A stretch of DNA of 31,723 nucleotides from a virus (IMGVR_UViG_3300033076_001041:1-31723); one strand, 5' to 3'. Shown: positions 1 to 9,299, numbered from the stretch's first letter. Numbers and translations: made by a program. Notes: generated from the letters alone by a model not told the origin.

Positions 1-11
1 CATCTAAATCG

Positions 12-18
12 TATTTAT
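12..18 (+). promoter_or_regulatory. TATTTAT motif (putative phage late-type promoter) upstream of polB
   Basis: The same 7-mer lies on the coding strand in most non-overlapping gene junctions of this window. Confidence 0.5.
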
Positions 19-79
19 TAGGTAAGGGAAATCACAAATATTTTGTGAGCATAATAACCCAAACTTAAATTATACAAAT

Positions 80-2980
80 ATGGTTCCACAAGAAGAAATT
101 GAACGCTTTTTACACGGCGAAGACGACGAGAAATATATTGTCGCATTAGAATACGATTACAAATCAGATAAAATATTTAAAGTAATACAAGACCCAATCA
201 AAGGTAAGCTTTTGAGAATGGATACGTTTATTCCATTTGCTTGGGTAGGAGACCTTAAAGATAAAAACTTCTATAAGGGTAACAAAGACTTTCAAAAGAA
301 GGCGATGTCTGAAAACGGCATTATCATAGAAAAATTAGAAGACCACGGAGACGAAAGATTAAAAAATGGATTGACTTATTTAGTCAAAACAACAAAATCA
401 TATTCAAATCTTGTAAACTTTTTTAAGGGTGGAGGTTTAGATCCTTGGGGTAGAGATAACTCAGACTCAATTACCATTATGTCTCCCGTTGAGCAATACC
501 TCATCCAAAAAAGTAAAAGACTATTCAAAGGGTTTGATGAATACGATGAAATTCATAGGTTTGTATTCGATATCGAGACCACAGGTTTAGACCCCAAAAC
601 AAGTAAAATATTCTTAATAGGGATGAAAGACAATCGTGGTTTTATAAAATTATTATCGGCACAAAATGAAGATGAAGAAAGACAAATGATAATTGAGTTT
701 TTTGAAACCATAGATAAGTTAAAACCTTCTCTTGTTGGTGGGTACAACTCGGCATTCTTTGACTTCCCATTTATTTTAAAACGGGCCGAAATATTAAAGT
801 TAAATATTAAAAAAATTGCAAAAACTTTAAATCCTGATTATTCTTTAAAACAAAAAGATGGGATTTTAAAATTAGCAAATGAAATGGAGCCTTACGTCCA
901 AACTCAAATGTGGGGTTACAACATCATTGATATTGCACACGCAGTTCGTAGAGCTCAGGCAATTAACTCAGACATTAAAAGTTGGTCATTGAAGTACATT
1001 ACCAAATTTATTGAGGCTGAAAAAGAAAATCGTGTTTACGTTGAGGGGGATAAGATTGGTAAAATCTATTTTGATAACGAAAACTATTGGATGAATAAAG
1101 AAAACGGTAACTACAAAAAGGTTGGGGTTAACGAAAAAATAGATGAGATTTGTTCAAGAAGAGATGATGTTTATAAACAAATTACGGGTTCAAAAATTAT
1201 TGAGGACTATCTTGACGATGACTTGTATGAAACGATGGTTGTTGATGAACAGTTTAATCAAGCAAACTTTCTACTCTCAAAGTTGGTACCGACAACATAT
1301 GAAAGACTTTCAACTATGGGTACTGCAACTTTATGGAAAATGATTATGTGTGCTTGGTCATACAAAAACAATTTGGCGTTACCTAAAAAGAAAGAAAAAC
1401 GTAAATTTACAGGAGGACTTTCTCGTTTGGTACAAGTTGGGTATTCAAGAAACGTATTAAAACTTGACTACTCTTCACTATATCCATCCATTCAGTTGGT
1501 ACATGATGTATTCCCTGCTTGTGATGTTACAGGGGCGATGAAGAGTATGTTAAAGTATTTCCGCGATACTCGTATTAAATATAAAAACTTGGCAGGGGAA
1601 TATAAATCAATAGATTTAAAAGCATCAATTTCATACGATAGAAAACAGTTACCGATTAAAATCTTTATCAATGCGTTCTTTGGTTCCTTATCGGCACCAC
1701 ACGTATTTCCTTGGGGCGATATCGATATGGGTGAACAGATTACTTGTACGGGTAGACAGTATCTTCGTCAGATGATTATGTACTTTATGAAACGTGGATA
1801 CGTTCCGTTGGTGATGGACACGGATGGTGTAAACTTTGAAACTCCTCAAGATAGAGAAAACTATAAGTATATAGGTAAAGGACTTAATGGTTTGGTTAAA
1901 GAGGGTAAAGAGTATGTAGGTGCGGAAGCCGATGTTGCTGAGTACAACGATTTGTTTATGAGAAACGAAATGGGTCTTGATATTGACGGTGTGTGGCCGG
2001 CAACAATTAACGTGGCTCGTAAAAACTACGCACTTCTTACAGATAAAGGTAAAGTTAAACTAACAGGTAACTCGATTAAATCTAAAAAACTTCAAACCTA
2101 TGTTGCTGAGTTTTTGGATAAAGGGTTAAGAATGTTACTTGATGGTAAGGGAGGTGAGTTCTTAGATTTTTACTACGAATATGTTAGTAAAATTTATAAT
2201 AAAGAAATCCCATTAGCTAAGATGGCAAACAAGGCTCGTGTTAAACAATCAATCGATGATTACAAGGTTCACGTTACAAAAACAACAAAGTCGGGAAGTT
2301 TGATGTCTAGACAAGCTCATATGGAACTTTTGATTAATGCTGGTAAAACACCAGGTTTAGGTGATACGATTTATTATGTAAATAATGGTGAAAAGAAATC
2401 ACACGGTGATGTTCAGAAAAAAACCACAAAGATGACTAAAAAACAAATCGAGGAGTACACAAAAATACACGGAGCGGTACCACCTGAAATGTTATCAAAA
2501 AGTGAAATAATTTTAAATTGTTATTTAATTGATGAAAAAGAGATTGAAAATAACCCTGACTTATTAGGAGATTATAATGTATCAAGAGCACTGGCAGCAT
2601 TCAATAAAAGAATAGAACCATTACTTGTTGTATATAGTCCTGATATTAGAAAGGATATATTAATTGAGGATCCAAACGACCAACCAATATTTACTAAATC
2701 ACAAACAGAGTTAGGTAGAGGATACCCAATGAAAGAGAAAGACCAAGATAATTTAGATGAGGTATTAACACTATCAGATATGGAAATTAATTTTTGGCAA
2801 TCGGTAGGTATCGACCCTTACTATATGTATATTGATGATACTATCAATTTAGTGGACGACAATAGAGTTAACCATAACAGAGTGTTAATGGATAAAGTCA
2901 CTAAGATATCTAAAGTAGATGAAGACGAATTTTATGAATTTGATGTAGATGGGGACTTAATATCTTTAGTGTTCGATTAA
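80..2980 (+). CDS. polB: Family B DNA polymerase with 3'-5' exonuclease domain
   Basis: ExoI FVFDIETTG, ExoII GGYNSAFFDFPFI, ExoIII-like DYLDDDL, motif A LDYSSLYPS, motif B KIFINAFFG, motif C MDTDG, KNYA downstream; 966-aa uninterrupted ORF. Confidence 0.97.
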   Translation: MVPQEEIERFLHGEDDEKYIVALEYDYKSDKIFKVIQDPIKGKLLRMDTFIPFAWVGDLKDKNFYKGNKDFQKKAMSENGIIIEKLEDHGDERLKNGLTYLVKTTKSYSNLVNFFKGGGLDPWGRDNSDSITIMSPVEQYLIQKSKRLFKGFDEYDEIHRFVFDIETTGLDPKTSKIFLIGMKDNRGFIKLLSAQNEDEERQMIIEFFETIDKLKPSLVGGYNSAFFDFPFILKRAEILKLNIKKIAKTLNPDYSLKQKDGILKLANEMEPYVQTQMWGYNIIDIAHAVRRAQAINSDIKSWSLKYITKFIEAEKENRVYVEGDKIGKIYFDNENYWMNKENGNYKKVGVNEKIDEICSRRDDVYKQITGSKIIEDYLDDDLYETMVVDEQFNQANFLLSKLVPTTYERLSTMGTATLWKMIMCAWSYKNNLALPKKKEKRKFTGGLSRLVQVGYSRNVLKLDYSSLYPSIQLVHDVFPACDVTGAMKSMLKYFRDTRIKYKNLAGEYKSIDLKASISYDRKQLPIKIFINAFFGSLSAPHVFPWGDIDMGEQITCTGRQYLRQMIMYFMKRGYVPLVMDTDGVNFETPQDRENYKYIGKGLNGLVKEGKEYVGAEADVAEYNDLFMRNEMGLDIDGVWPATINVARKNYALLTDKGKVKLTGNSIKSKKLQTYVAEFLDKGLRMLLDGKGGEFLDFYYEYVSKIYNKEIPLAKMANKARVKQSIDDYKVHVTKTTKSGSLMSRQAHMELLINAGKTPGLGDTIYYVNNGEKKSHGDVQKKTTKMTKKQIEEYTKIHGAVPPEMLSKSEIILNCYLIDEKEIENNPDLLGDYNVSRALAAFNKRIEPLLVVYSPDIRKDILIEDPNDQPIFTKSQTELGRGYPMKEKDQDNLDEVLTLSDMEINFWQSVGIDPYYMYIDDTINLVDDNRVNHNRVLMDKVTKISKVDEDEFYEFDVDGDLISLVFD

Positions 2981-3309
2981 GAATTTTTTAAACCGTCGGA
3001 GGATAAAATATACCAGTATTCTCCGACTTTTCTAAACTCAACACAAGAACCCTTACCAAGTTCAACTTCACTAAATTCCTCATCAATTAAAAAATCACTT
3101 TTTACTAAAACATTTGTCAAAGATTTAACCACAACGTGGTCAGTAGATTTAGAATTTAAAAATAATTCACAAAAATCAACATCTTTAACTACAATAACCG
3201 ATTCGCCATTTGTTGTGTACGTTGGGTTTGTTATTACCGCCAATTCTGAAGTATTAACTTCAAACCCATTTATGATTTTTTTTGATGATACACTCTTAAA
3301 TATACCCAT
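2977..3309 (-). CDS. Hypothetical 110-aa beta-rich protein, possibly a small virion/tail-fibre-like module
   Basis: ORF directly downstream of the neck gene. Pattern VVVK...LIDE...VEL..G..VEF...GEYWYI resembles small beta modules of phage fibre proteins (inference). Its stop overlaps the polB stop in TTAA. Confidence 0.75.
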   Translation of the reverse strand: MGIFKSVSSKKIINGFEVNTSELAVITNPTYTTNGESVIVVKDVDFCELFLNSKSTDHVVVKSLTNVLVKSDFLIDEEFSEVELGKGSCVEFRKVGEYWYILSSDGLKNS

Positions 3310-3316
3310 ATAAAAA

Positions 3317-4435
3317 TTATATTACATTATATGGACTTGTAAATGCTCTGAATTTTAACGCTGTATTCATATCCGTGGCCATTTTACCCTTAATCTCCCA
3401 TTGTTTTTCTGGACGTAACCTTTCCAATCTCATTTTAAGTTCTTCCCACAACATAGATTTTTCATCTTTGGCTTCCGTTTGTAAACTTTGGTATTCTAGT
3501 GTTAATTCGGAATCGGGGGTTTTTAAATTACCTGAGTATTTACCTCTTACTCTTGCTAAAGTTTCTTTACAATATGCGGTAAACCATCTTCTAACCCATG
3601 CTTGTGCGGGAGAATTAAGTTCTTCCCATCTTGTTTCATCAATTGGGACATCCGAAGGTAAACGTACAATATCAGGATTTTTTGCTAAACAATCTTCTCT
3701 ATCAAATGTATCATAATACCAATACCAAACTCGATAGTCGTGTCTTTTCATATTACCAAAATCAAACTTACCGCCAGGAACATTCATTAAATGTAACGCC
3801 TTTTTACCTTCAGGTAATGCGGTTACCCTATAAGTTAAGTCTCCCGTTATGATTCTTCTTTTAATGTTAATATCAGACATTCTTAAAAGAATATCAAATG
3901 CCGGTGTTACGAAATAGTTACCCGTTGTCCCCATTTGTGAGAATCCAGCACCACCACCAAGACCAATACCACCGAATCCGCCGAATCCACCCATAAATGG
4001 ATCGAAATATGCAGCATCTAATTCTGAACGACTAAACCACAATAATTCATTTAATTCTCTACCTGCAGGTATTTCGTATATTTGTTGGTGTGGGATTAAG
4101 TCTATATAGTCTTTTTTAAGGACATAATCTCCCCCAGCCTGTAAACCAACAATTTTAGAATATGCGTAAGTATATTGGGTTTCCCAATCCAAACTTCTAG
4201 TGGTGAATGCCCTTGTAACCGATTGTTCGTCCAAATTAAGACCATACAAAGATGCCCATTGACTTTCAATTAACCAATCGTTTACGTGTTGTGAGTAATC
4301 TTCTATTGACAATTCTAATAACGAATCAAGCATTTCGTCCTCTAATTCAACAGAACGTAATGGCGCACCCAAAAGATTTTTAATTCTCTTATAAAGTTTA
4401 CTTCTTTGAGGTTCTTGTATAATTGATGTAGGCAT
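3317..4435 (-). CDS. Neck / head-tail adaptor protein (T4 gp13-like)
   Basis: N-terminal LYKRIKNLLGAPLRSVELEDEMLD and C-terminal WVRRWFTAYCKETLARVRGKY...EAKDEKSMLWEEL match the gp13-family patterns (LG.P...VE; WV..Y..A..K.......K). Confidence 0.8.
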   Translation of the reverse strand: MPTSIIQEPQRSKLYKRIKNLLGAPLRSVELEDEMLDSLLELSIEDYSQHVNDWLIESQWASLYGLNLDEQSVTRAFTTRSLDWETQYTYAYSKIVGLQAGGDYVLKKDYIDLIPHQQIYEIPAGRELNELLWFSRSELDAAYFDPFMGGFGGFGGIGLGGGAGFSQMGTTGNYFVTPAFDILLRMSDINIKRRIITGDLTYRVTALPEGKKALHLMNVPGGKFDFGNMKRHDYRVWYWYYDTFDREDCLAKNPDIVRLPSDVPIDETRWEELNSPAQAWVRRWFTAYCKETLARVRGKYSGNLKTPDSELTLEYQSLQTEAKDEKSMLWEELKMRLERLRPEKQWEIKGKMATDMNTALKFRAFTSPYNVI

Positions 4436-4451
4436 AAGATAATTTTATTAT

Positions 4452-4458
4452 ATAAATA
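4452..4458 (-). promoter_or_regulatory. TATTTAT motif upstream of the neck gene
   Basis: ataaata on the + strand, 16 nt from the ATG at 4435. Confidence 0.6.
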
Positions 4459-4460
4459 TC

Positions 4461-5570
4461 TTATTTAGTTGAAATACTTTCGTTAAGTTTCTTTTTTGTT
4501 TGGTTAATGTATGTGTCGGACACAAAATCCCAATTAACTACTTTCCAAAAATTATGAATGTATTTATCCCTTTCATTTTTGTATTTTAAATAATATGCGT
4601 GCTCCCACAAATCTAAACCAAGTAACGGGTAACCCCCGTTTTTTTCAGTATCCATTAACGGATTGTCTTGATTAGATGTGGTTATTATTTTTAAAGTATT
4701 TTTCTTAGTCAGAACCAACCAAACCCATCCAGAACCAAATCTTGTTTTAGCCTCTTCTTCAAACTTTTCTTTAAATTTATCAAAGGAACCAAACGATTTA
4801 CTTATTTTTGAAAGTAACGGGTCTTTTAATTTTTGTGGTTTTGGGGATAACATCTTCCAAAAAAGTGCGTGGTTAAACGCCCCACCACCATTATTTTTTA
4901 CCTTAGTGTTATATTTTGATATTTTTTTAATTATATTCTCTAAGTCTAAGTCAGGGCCTTTAAACTTTTCAATCTCGACATTTAACTTCTCAACGTACCC
5001 TTTATAGTGTTTAGTATAGTGGGTCTTCATTGTTTCTTTATCAATAAACGTTTCTAATGAATCAAACTCGTAAGGTAGTTTTTCTATACTAATTTTTTTA
5101 ATCTCATTTATTAGATTTTCCTTAATAATAGAATTTTCATTTAGTTGTCCCTCTATCTCATTTATTTTTTTTTGAAAATTTTTATAGATTATACCCTCTA
5201 AATCTTTATTCTTTTTTTCAAATTTTTTAACGTCTTTTCCTGCAATAGAATTGGCATCGTTTTCGTTTCTACTCCCGATATCAGATTCTTTGTCTCTTTT
5301 TAAAACTGTTCTTTGGTGTTCGTGAGCCCATTCGTGGGATAAGGTTCTTAATATATCACGATTTAATCTATCTTTAATTAATATTTTTAATTTGTCTGTG
5401 TTTGTTCTAGAACCCGTGGTCATAGTTCCTAATCTTGTGTTAGTAAACACAATATCAACATCCTTTTTAAGTGGGTGTGTTTTTTTTAAAAAATTAATAT
5501 ATTGTTTTATTAATTTTTCTTGTTCGACTGATGGTGTGTATCCACCTCTATAAATGATATTTACCTTCAT
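4461..5570 (-). CDS. sodA: Fe/Mn superoxide dismutase (Mn-type signature) with an N-terminal HEXXH zincin-like domain
   Basis: LPYEFDSLE, THYTKHY..Y, NNGGGAFNH, FGSGWVWL, NQDNP and DLWEHAYY supply all four metal ligands; GGG and NQD are Mn-type signatures. The N-terminal ~130 aa carry LRTLSHEWAHEHQ...ENDAN. Confidence 0.93.
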   Translation of the reverse strand: MKVNIIYRGGYTPSVEQEKLIKQYINFLKKTHPLKKDVDIVFTNTRLGTMTTGSRTNTDKLKILIKDRLNRDILRTLSHEWAHEHQRTVLKRDKESDIGSRNENDANSIAGKDVKKFEKKNKDLEGIIYKNFQKKINEIEGQLNENSIIKENLINEIKKISIEKLPYEFDSLETFIDKETMKTHYTKHYKGYVEKLNVEIEKFKGPDLDLENIIKKISKYNTKVKNNGGGAFNHALFWKMLSPKPQKLKDPLLSKISKSFGSFDKFKEKFEEEAKTRFGSGWVWLVLTKKNTLKIITTSNQDNPLMDTEKNGGYPLLGLDLWEHAYYLKYKNERDKYIHNFWKVVNWDFVSDTYINQTKKKLNESISTK

Positions 5571-5575
5571 AGTAA

Positions 5576-5582
5576 ATAAATA
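5576..5582 (-). promoter_or_regulatory. TATTTAT motif 5 nt before the SOD-fusion start codon
   Basis: The minus strand reads GATATTTATTTACT-ATG. Confidence 0.55.
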
Positions 5583-7346
5583 TCATCTGACACTAGAAAT
5601 CATATTTAACATTTCTTCTATTGAAGATGCGTCTTCCATAATATCATCACCCATTACTGTTGATATGATTTTTTTCTTTCTATTAAGGATGTCGTATATC
5701 ACCCCTTCTATAGTGTTTTCAAAAAGTGGATAATAAACTGATGTTGAGTTTTTTTGTCCGATTCTATGTGAACGATCTTCCGCTTGTGCGTGTTCGGCAG
5801 GAACAAAAGATAAATCATTCATAATAACAGCTTCCGCTGAAGTTAGAGTAATACCAACACCTGCAGCTTTTAAGTTACCAACAAACACTCTAATTTTATC
5901 ATTTTCTTGGAAGTCGTCAACCGACTTTTGACGATGAGGTTTTGAACAACTTCCATCTAAGTAAACTGCTTGTTTTCCAAAATGATTATATATTTCTTGT
6001 AAAGTGTCAGTAAAGTTTGTAAAAATAATTACTTTTTTCCCTTGTTCAATAATATTTTCAGCCAACTCGATTGTATTTTTTACTTTTTCTTGGGCAATTA
6101 CTTTTCTCACTTTCATTAATTTTCCGAACTGAATTGTAAGAGACGATGACTCCTCAGAATTATTGTCGTACCAATTAAAGTACTCACCCATAAGTTCTTC
6201 ATAATCTTTCGATTTTAGTCTCAAATAAACGGGGGTTATGATTTTATCAGGTAAATCCAAAACCTCATCTTTTAATCTTCGTAAAATGTGTGATTGAGTT
6301 CTCTCTCTTAGTTCATCTAAATTAGATGCTCCCGTCACGTTCCATACTTTTCTTTTCCCAACACTGAATTGAAACCCGTTACAATATCTTCTAGCGTAAG
6401 CCATCCAATTTGCCGCAACAGGACTCTCAACCAAACTTAAAAGATTGTAGTAATTCATTGGTCGAGAAGTCATAGGGGTTCCTGTTAATAACCAAACCCT
6501 ATCTACCTTATCACAAATATCGTTAACAATTTTTGTTCTTTGTGCTTGTGGATTTGATATCATATGAGCTTCGTCCATAATGACCAAATCAAAATTGTTT
6601 TTTAAAATTATTGAGTCGTCTTTCTTTTTTGGGTCGTGAAAGTTTTTTAAAATATCATAGTTGATAATTACAAAATCGTGTTCACTTGAAAACTTTTTAC
6701 CTTCGGAAATGTAAACAGACCTATCAGAATAATTTTCAATCTCACGTTGCCAATTTATTTTTAAAGATGCAGGACAAACAATTAATATTTTTTTTGCACC
6801 TGTCTCAAGAGCAGATATAATGGTTGATGTAGTTTTCCCAAGTCCCATATCATCAGCCAAAATAAACTTTTTATTACCGACTAATTTTTGAATAGCCTCT
6901 TTTTGATGTTCCATTGGAAGTCTATGGTTATACTTTTCATAATCAACAATAACGTTTTTTACTTCATTATCTTTTATAAGTGCCGATTTTGGCATCCAAA
7001 AGTCGTGAATAGTTTCACCACTAAATACTTTTCCCCAAATATGATACGACTTATCCTTTTCAACCAAAAGTTTTTCAACATATATTTCTGTTGGTTCTTT
7101 AGTGTACATTTTATCTTCCATCATTTTTTTACCAAAGTACGCATCAAGTTTTACCCATTTTTTTGCAACCTTTGGTGTTCTATTGTGAAAGTTTATAATA
7201 TATTCTGCTTGTGTTCTTGTCGGAGTAAAAGACTTACTATTTTGTCTTTTGTGTTTTAAATTTAGGATATAATTGTTCGATCCTTCATAATTATCTAATA
7301 TCTGAAGGGATCTCGTTTCGGGAGTTTTTGAAATTATTTCTTCCAT
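5583..7346 (-). CDS. SNF2-family (SMARCAL1/HARP-like) SF2 helicase/translocase
   Basis: Q-motif HQKEAI, Walker A ADDMGLGKT, IVCPASLKINW, DEAH, LTGTP, GVGITLT, QAEDRSHRIGQ. Confidence 0.93.
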   Translation of the reverse strand: MEEIISKTPETRSLQILDNYEGSNNYILNLKHKRQNSKSFTPTRTQAEYIINFHNRTPKVAKKWVKLDAYFGKKMMEDKMYTKEPTEIYVEKLLVEKDKSYHIWGKVFSGETIHDFWMPKSALIKDNEVKNVIVDYEKYNHRLPMEHQKEAIQKLVGNKKFILADDMGLGKTTSTIISALETGAKKILIVCPASLKINWQREIENYSDRSVYISEGKKFSSEHDFVIINYDILKNFHDPKKKDDSIILKNNFDLVIMDEAHMISNPQAQRTKIVNDICDKVDRVWLLTGTPMTSRPMNYYNLLSLVESPVAANWMAYARRYCNGFQFSVGKRKVWNVTGASNLDELRERTQSHILRRLKDEVLDLPDKIITPVYLRLKSKDYEELMGEYFNWYDNNSEESSSLTIQFGKLMKVRKVIAQEKVKNTIELAENIIEQGKKVIIFTNFTDTLQEIYNHFGKQAVYLDGSCSKPHRQKSVDDFQENDKIRVFVGNLKAAGVGITLTSAEAVIMNDLSFVPAEHAQAEDRSHRIGQKNSTSVYYPLFENTIEGVIYDILNRKKKIISTVMGDDIMEDASSIEEMLNMISSVR

Positions 7347-7359
7347 TGTATTTAATTAA

Positions 7360-7387
7360 AAAATAGTAAATAATAATAAAAAATCAA
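7360..7387 (-). promoter_or_regulatory. Sigma70-like promoter of the helicase gene (TTGATT-N16-TATTTT)
   Basis: Same spacing and similar boxes as at 14371-14398 and 31244-31271. Confidence 0.45.
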
Positions 7388-7393
7388 TTAAAC

Positions 7394-7400
7394 TATTTAT
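7394..7400 (+). promoter_or_regulatory. TATTTAT motif 4 nt before the ATG at 7405
   Basis: AAC-TATTTAT-ATGT-ATG. Confidence 0.55.
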
Positions 7401-7404
7401 ATGT

Positions 7405-7920
7405 ATGGCAGATAATAGAGTACCAATCACAAGATTAAATAAGTTTTTTTCTGAACAAGACTTTGATTTAGATATCGAAATGGGTTCTGAATGGCTACAC
7501 GGGGATATGAACTTCACCTTAGTGTTATATCGAGTAGATAAACAATCAACAGATGTTGACAGAGTTTATGGTGAAACATTAGAGGACGGTGTGAGATTTT
7601 TATCTCCTGTTGAATTTAAAGGGTATGTTCAAATAGAGGCTCCGACCAATTCAGATTACGGTGCATCAAAATTAGCCCAAATGGAGCCTGGAAATTTAAA
7701 AGTGGGAGTATACCAATCACAGTTGGATGAGTTAGGTATTGATATTGAATATGGGGATTATATCGGATATTATGAGACCGAAGATAAGGTTAGATACTAT
7801 TCGGTTGTAAATGATGGTAGGGTTTATACGGACAATAAACACACATATGGTGGATACAAAAGATTTTATAGATCAATTATTGCGTCTCCCGTTAATGAAA
7901 ACGAATTTAAAGGAATATAA
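7405..7920 (+). CDS. Probable head-closure/neck protein (T4 gp14-like)
   Basis: VLYRVD......VYGE and ELGIDIEYGDYI.Y......YYSV patterns typical of head-tail joining proteins; lies directly before the tail terminator and sheath; TAATG-coupled to the next gene. Confidence 0.6.
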   Translation: MADNRVPITRLNKFFSEQDFDLDIEMGSEWLHGDMNFTLVLYRVDKQSTDVDRVYGETLEDGVRFLSPVEFKGYVQIEAPTNSDYGASKLAQMEPGNLKVGVYQSQLDELGIDIEYGDYIGYYETEDKVRYYSVVNDGRVYTDNKHTYGGYKRFYRSIIASPVNENEFKGI

Positions 7921-9149
7921 TGGCGTTACCTAAAAAAGTTAAAAAATATTTACCACTTATACCTGAAAAGGTTGGTAGGGAAAGACGACAAGAAATGTTG
8001 GACTATATTACTGATGATGGTACGTATCTACCTAAAGGGGTTTTGCATGCAGACCTTGATGGTGGAGTATTGGATTTTGTAAAAAACGATATAAAGATGG
8101 TATCTGCAGGAAAGAATGTACCTGTTGTTGATAAAATCATAACAAATCAAAATTGGGCACAATTTACAACTACTTGGGACTTTAAAGACTTAGATAAAAA
8201 TATAAAATTACCCTTTATTACTACTGTAAGACAACCTGAAGTAAAATACGGAACATTTCAAGGAGGATTAGCTAATATACCTAACAGAAGACATTTTTTT
8301 TACTATACTGTACCTACTTGGGATGGTGATAGAAAGGGTGCTGATGTTTATAAAATACCACAACCAATACCCGTAGATATAAAATACAATATTAAACTTT
8401 TTTGTAATAGAATGAGTGAACTTAACGAGTTTAATAAAATTATGATGCAAAGTTTTACTTCAAAACAATCATACGTAAACATTAAAGGTCACTATATGCC
8501 ATTACACTTAGAGGAAGTCTCAGATGAATCGGCTAAGGAAATTGAAAAAAGAAAGTATTATATTGCAAATTATACAATTTTATTAAAAGGTTTTATATTA
8601 GACGAAGAAGAATTCCAAGTGAGCCCTGCAATATCAAGATATGTTACTATGTTTGAGGTTGACGTTTTAAATAAAAACCGTAAGGTTAACCCACAACCAC
8701 CAAGACCTGACAGTTTTGATTTAGATCTATTATTTGTTTCGGGTGTTACTGAATTGAATGAGGTTTTTAGATATACTGCAGATATAACAATTAATGGAAC
8801 GACTAATTTAATTAATTGTTATGAAACCACCTATTCATCAATAACAAATAATACTTTGTCTTATATTAATTGTAGTGGTGATACGACTGTTACATTTACA
8901 AACGTTGGGGATTCGGGTACTATATGCGTCAAATCCTCAACTTTACCGTCCTTTGTTAACACAACTGGAGGAGTATTTAGTGAAGGGGGTTCTTGTGCTT
9001 CAAGTTATTCTGTTTTTATTAATAATAATTATTTGGGTGACAATGTCCCAAAAATACAAATTAACGATGGGGATACTTTAAAAATTATTGTATATAAAGA
9101 TGACCTAACCCAAAACTCAATTATAAAAACTAAAGCGGTTTTGGTTTAA
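7920..9149 (+). CDS. Probable tail terminator / sheath stabiliser (T4 gp15-like) with a C-terminal beta domain
   Basis: KLPFIT..R, PIPVDIKYNIKL...MSELNEFNKI and YTILLKGFI resemble gp15-family motifs; lies immediately upstream of the sheath. Confidence 0.65.
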   Translation: MALPKKVKKYLPLIPEKVGRERRQEMLDYITDDGTYLPKGVLHADLDGGVLDFVKNDIKMVSAGKNVPVVDKIITNQNWAQFTTTWDFKDLDKNIKLPFITTVRQPEVKYGTFQGGLANIPNRRHFFYYTVPTWDGDRKGADVYKIPQPIPVDIKYNIKLFCNRMSELNEFNKIMMQSFTSKQSYVNIKGHYMPLHLEEVSDESAKEIEKRKYYIANYTILLKGFILDEEEFQVSPAISRYVTMFEVDVLNKNRKVNPQPPRPDSFDLDLLFVSGVTELNEVFRYTADITINGTTNLINCYETTYSSITNNTLSYINCSGDTTVTFTNVGDSGTICVKSSTLPSFVNTTGGVFSEGGSCASSYSVFINNNYLGDNVPKIQINDGDTLKIIVYKDDLTQNSIIKTKAVLV

Positions 9150-9299
9150 TCATTCTCCGTAAATATCTTTTTCTTTTTGACACGTTTTACGAATTAAATT
9201 TTCTAAAAATTTATATAACTTAAACCCTTTCTCTTCGCAGTAGGTTTTTAATAATTCGTGAGTCTCTTCTGAAATCTTTATATTTTTAATTTTTTTCAT
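9150..9299 (-). CDS. Small ribbon-helix-helix DNA-binding protein, 49 aa (not in ORF track)
   Basis: Manual translation MKKIKNIKISEETHELLKTYCEEKGFKLYKFLENLIRKTCQKEKDIYGE: beta strand KNIKIS, helix, G-turn, second helix. Has its own TATTTAT at 9307-9313 and its stop abuts the upstream gene's stop. Confidence 0.8.
   Translation of the reverse strand: MKKIKNIKISEETHELLKTYCEEKGFKLYKFLENLIRKTCQKEKDIYGE

Noticed and set aside
2977-2980. Convergent genes sharing TTAA stop codons (and abutting stops at 9147-9152)
   Set aside because: Common genome compaction; no sign of a special function.
80-7346. Eukaryotic giant virus origin suggested by PolB, SNF2 and SOD
   Set aside because: Contractile tail genes, intrinsic terminators and a sigma70-type promoter indicate a bacteriophage.
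80-7346. Inteins or introns in the polymerase or helicase
   Set aside because: Conserved motifs are normally spaced; no intein splice motifs or homing-endonuclease signatures were seen.
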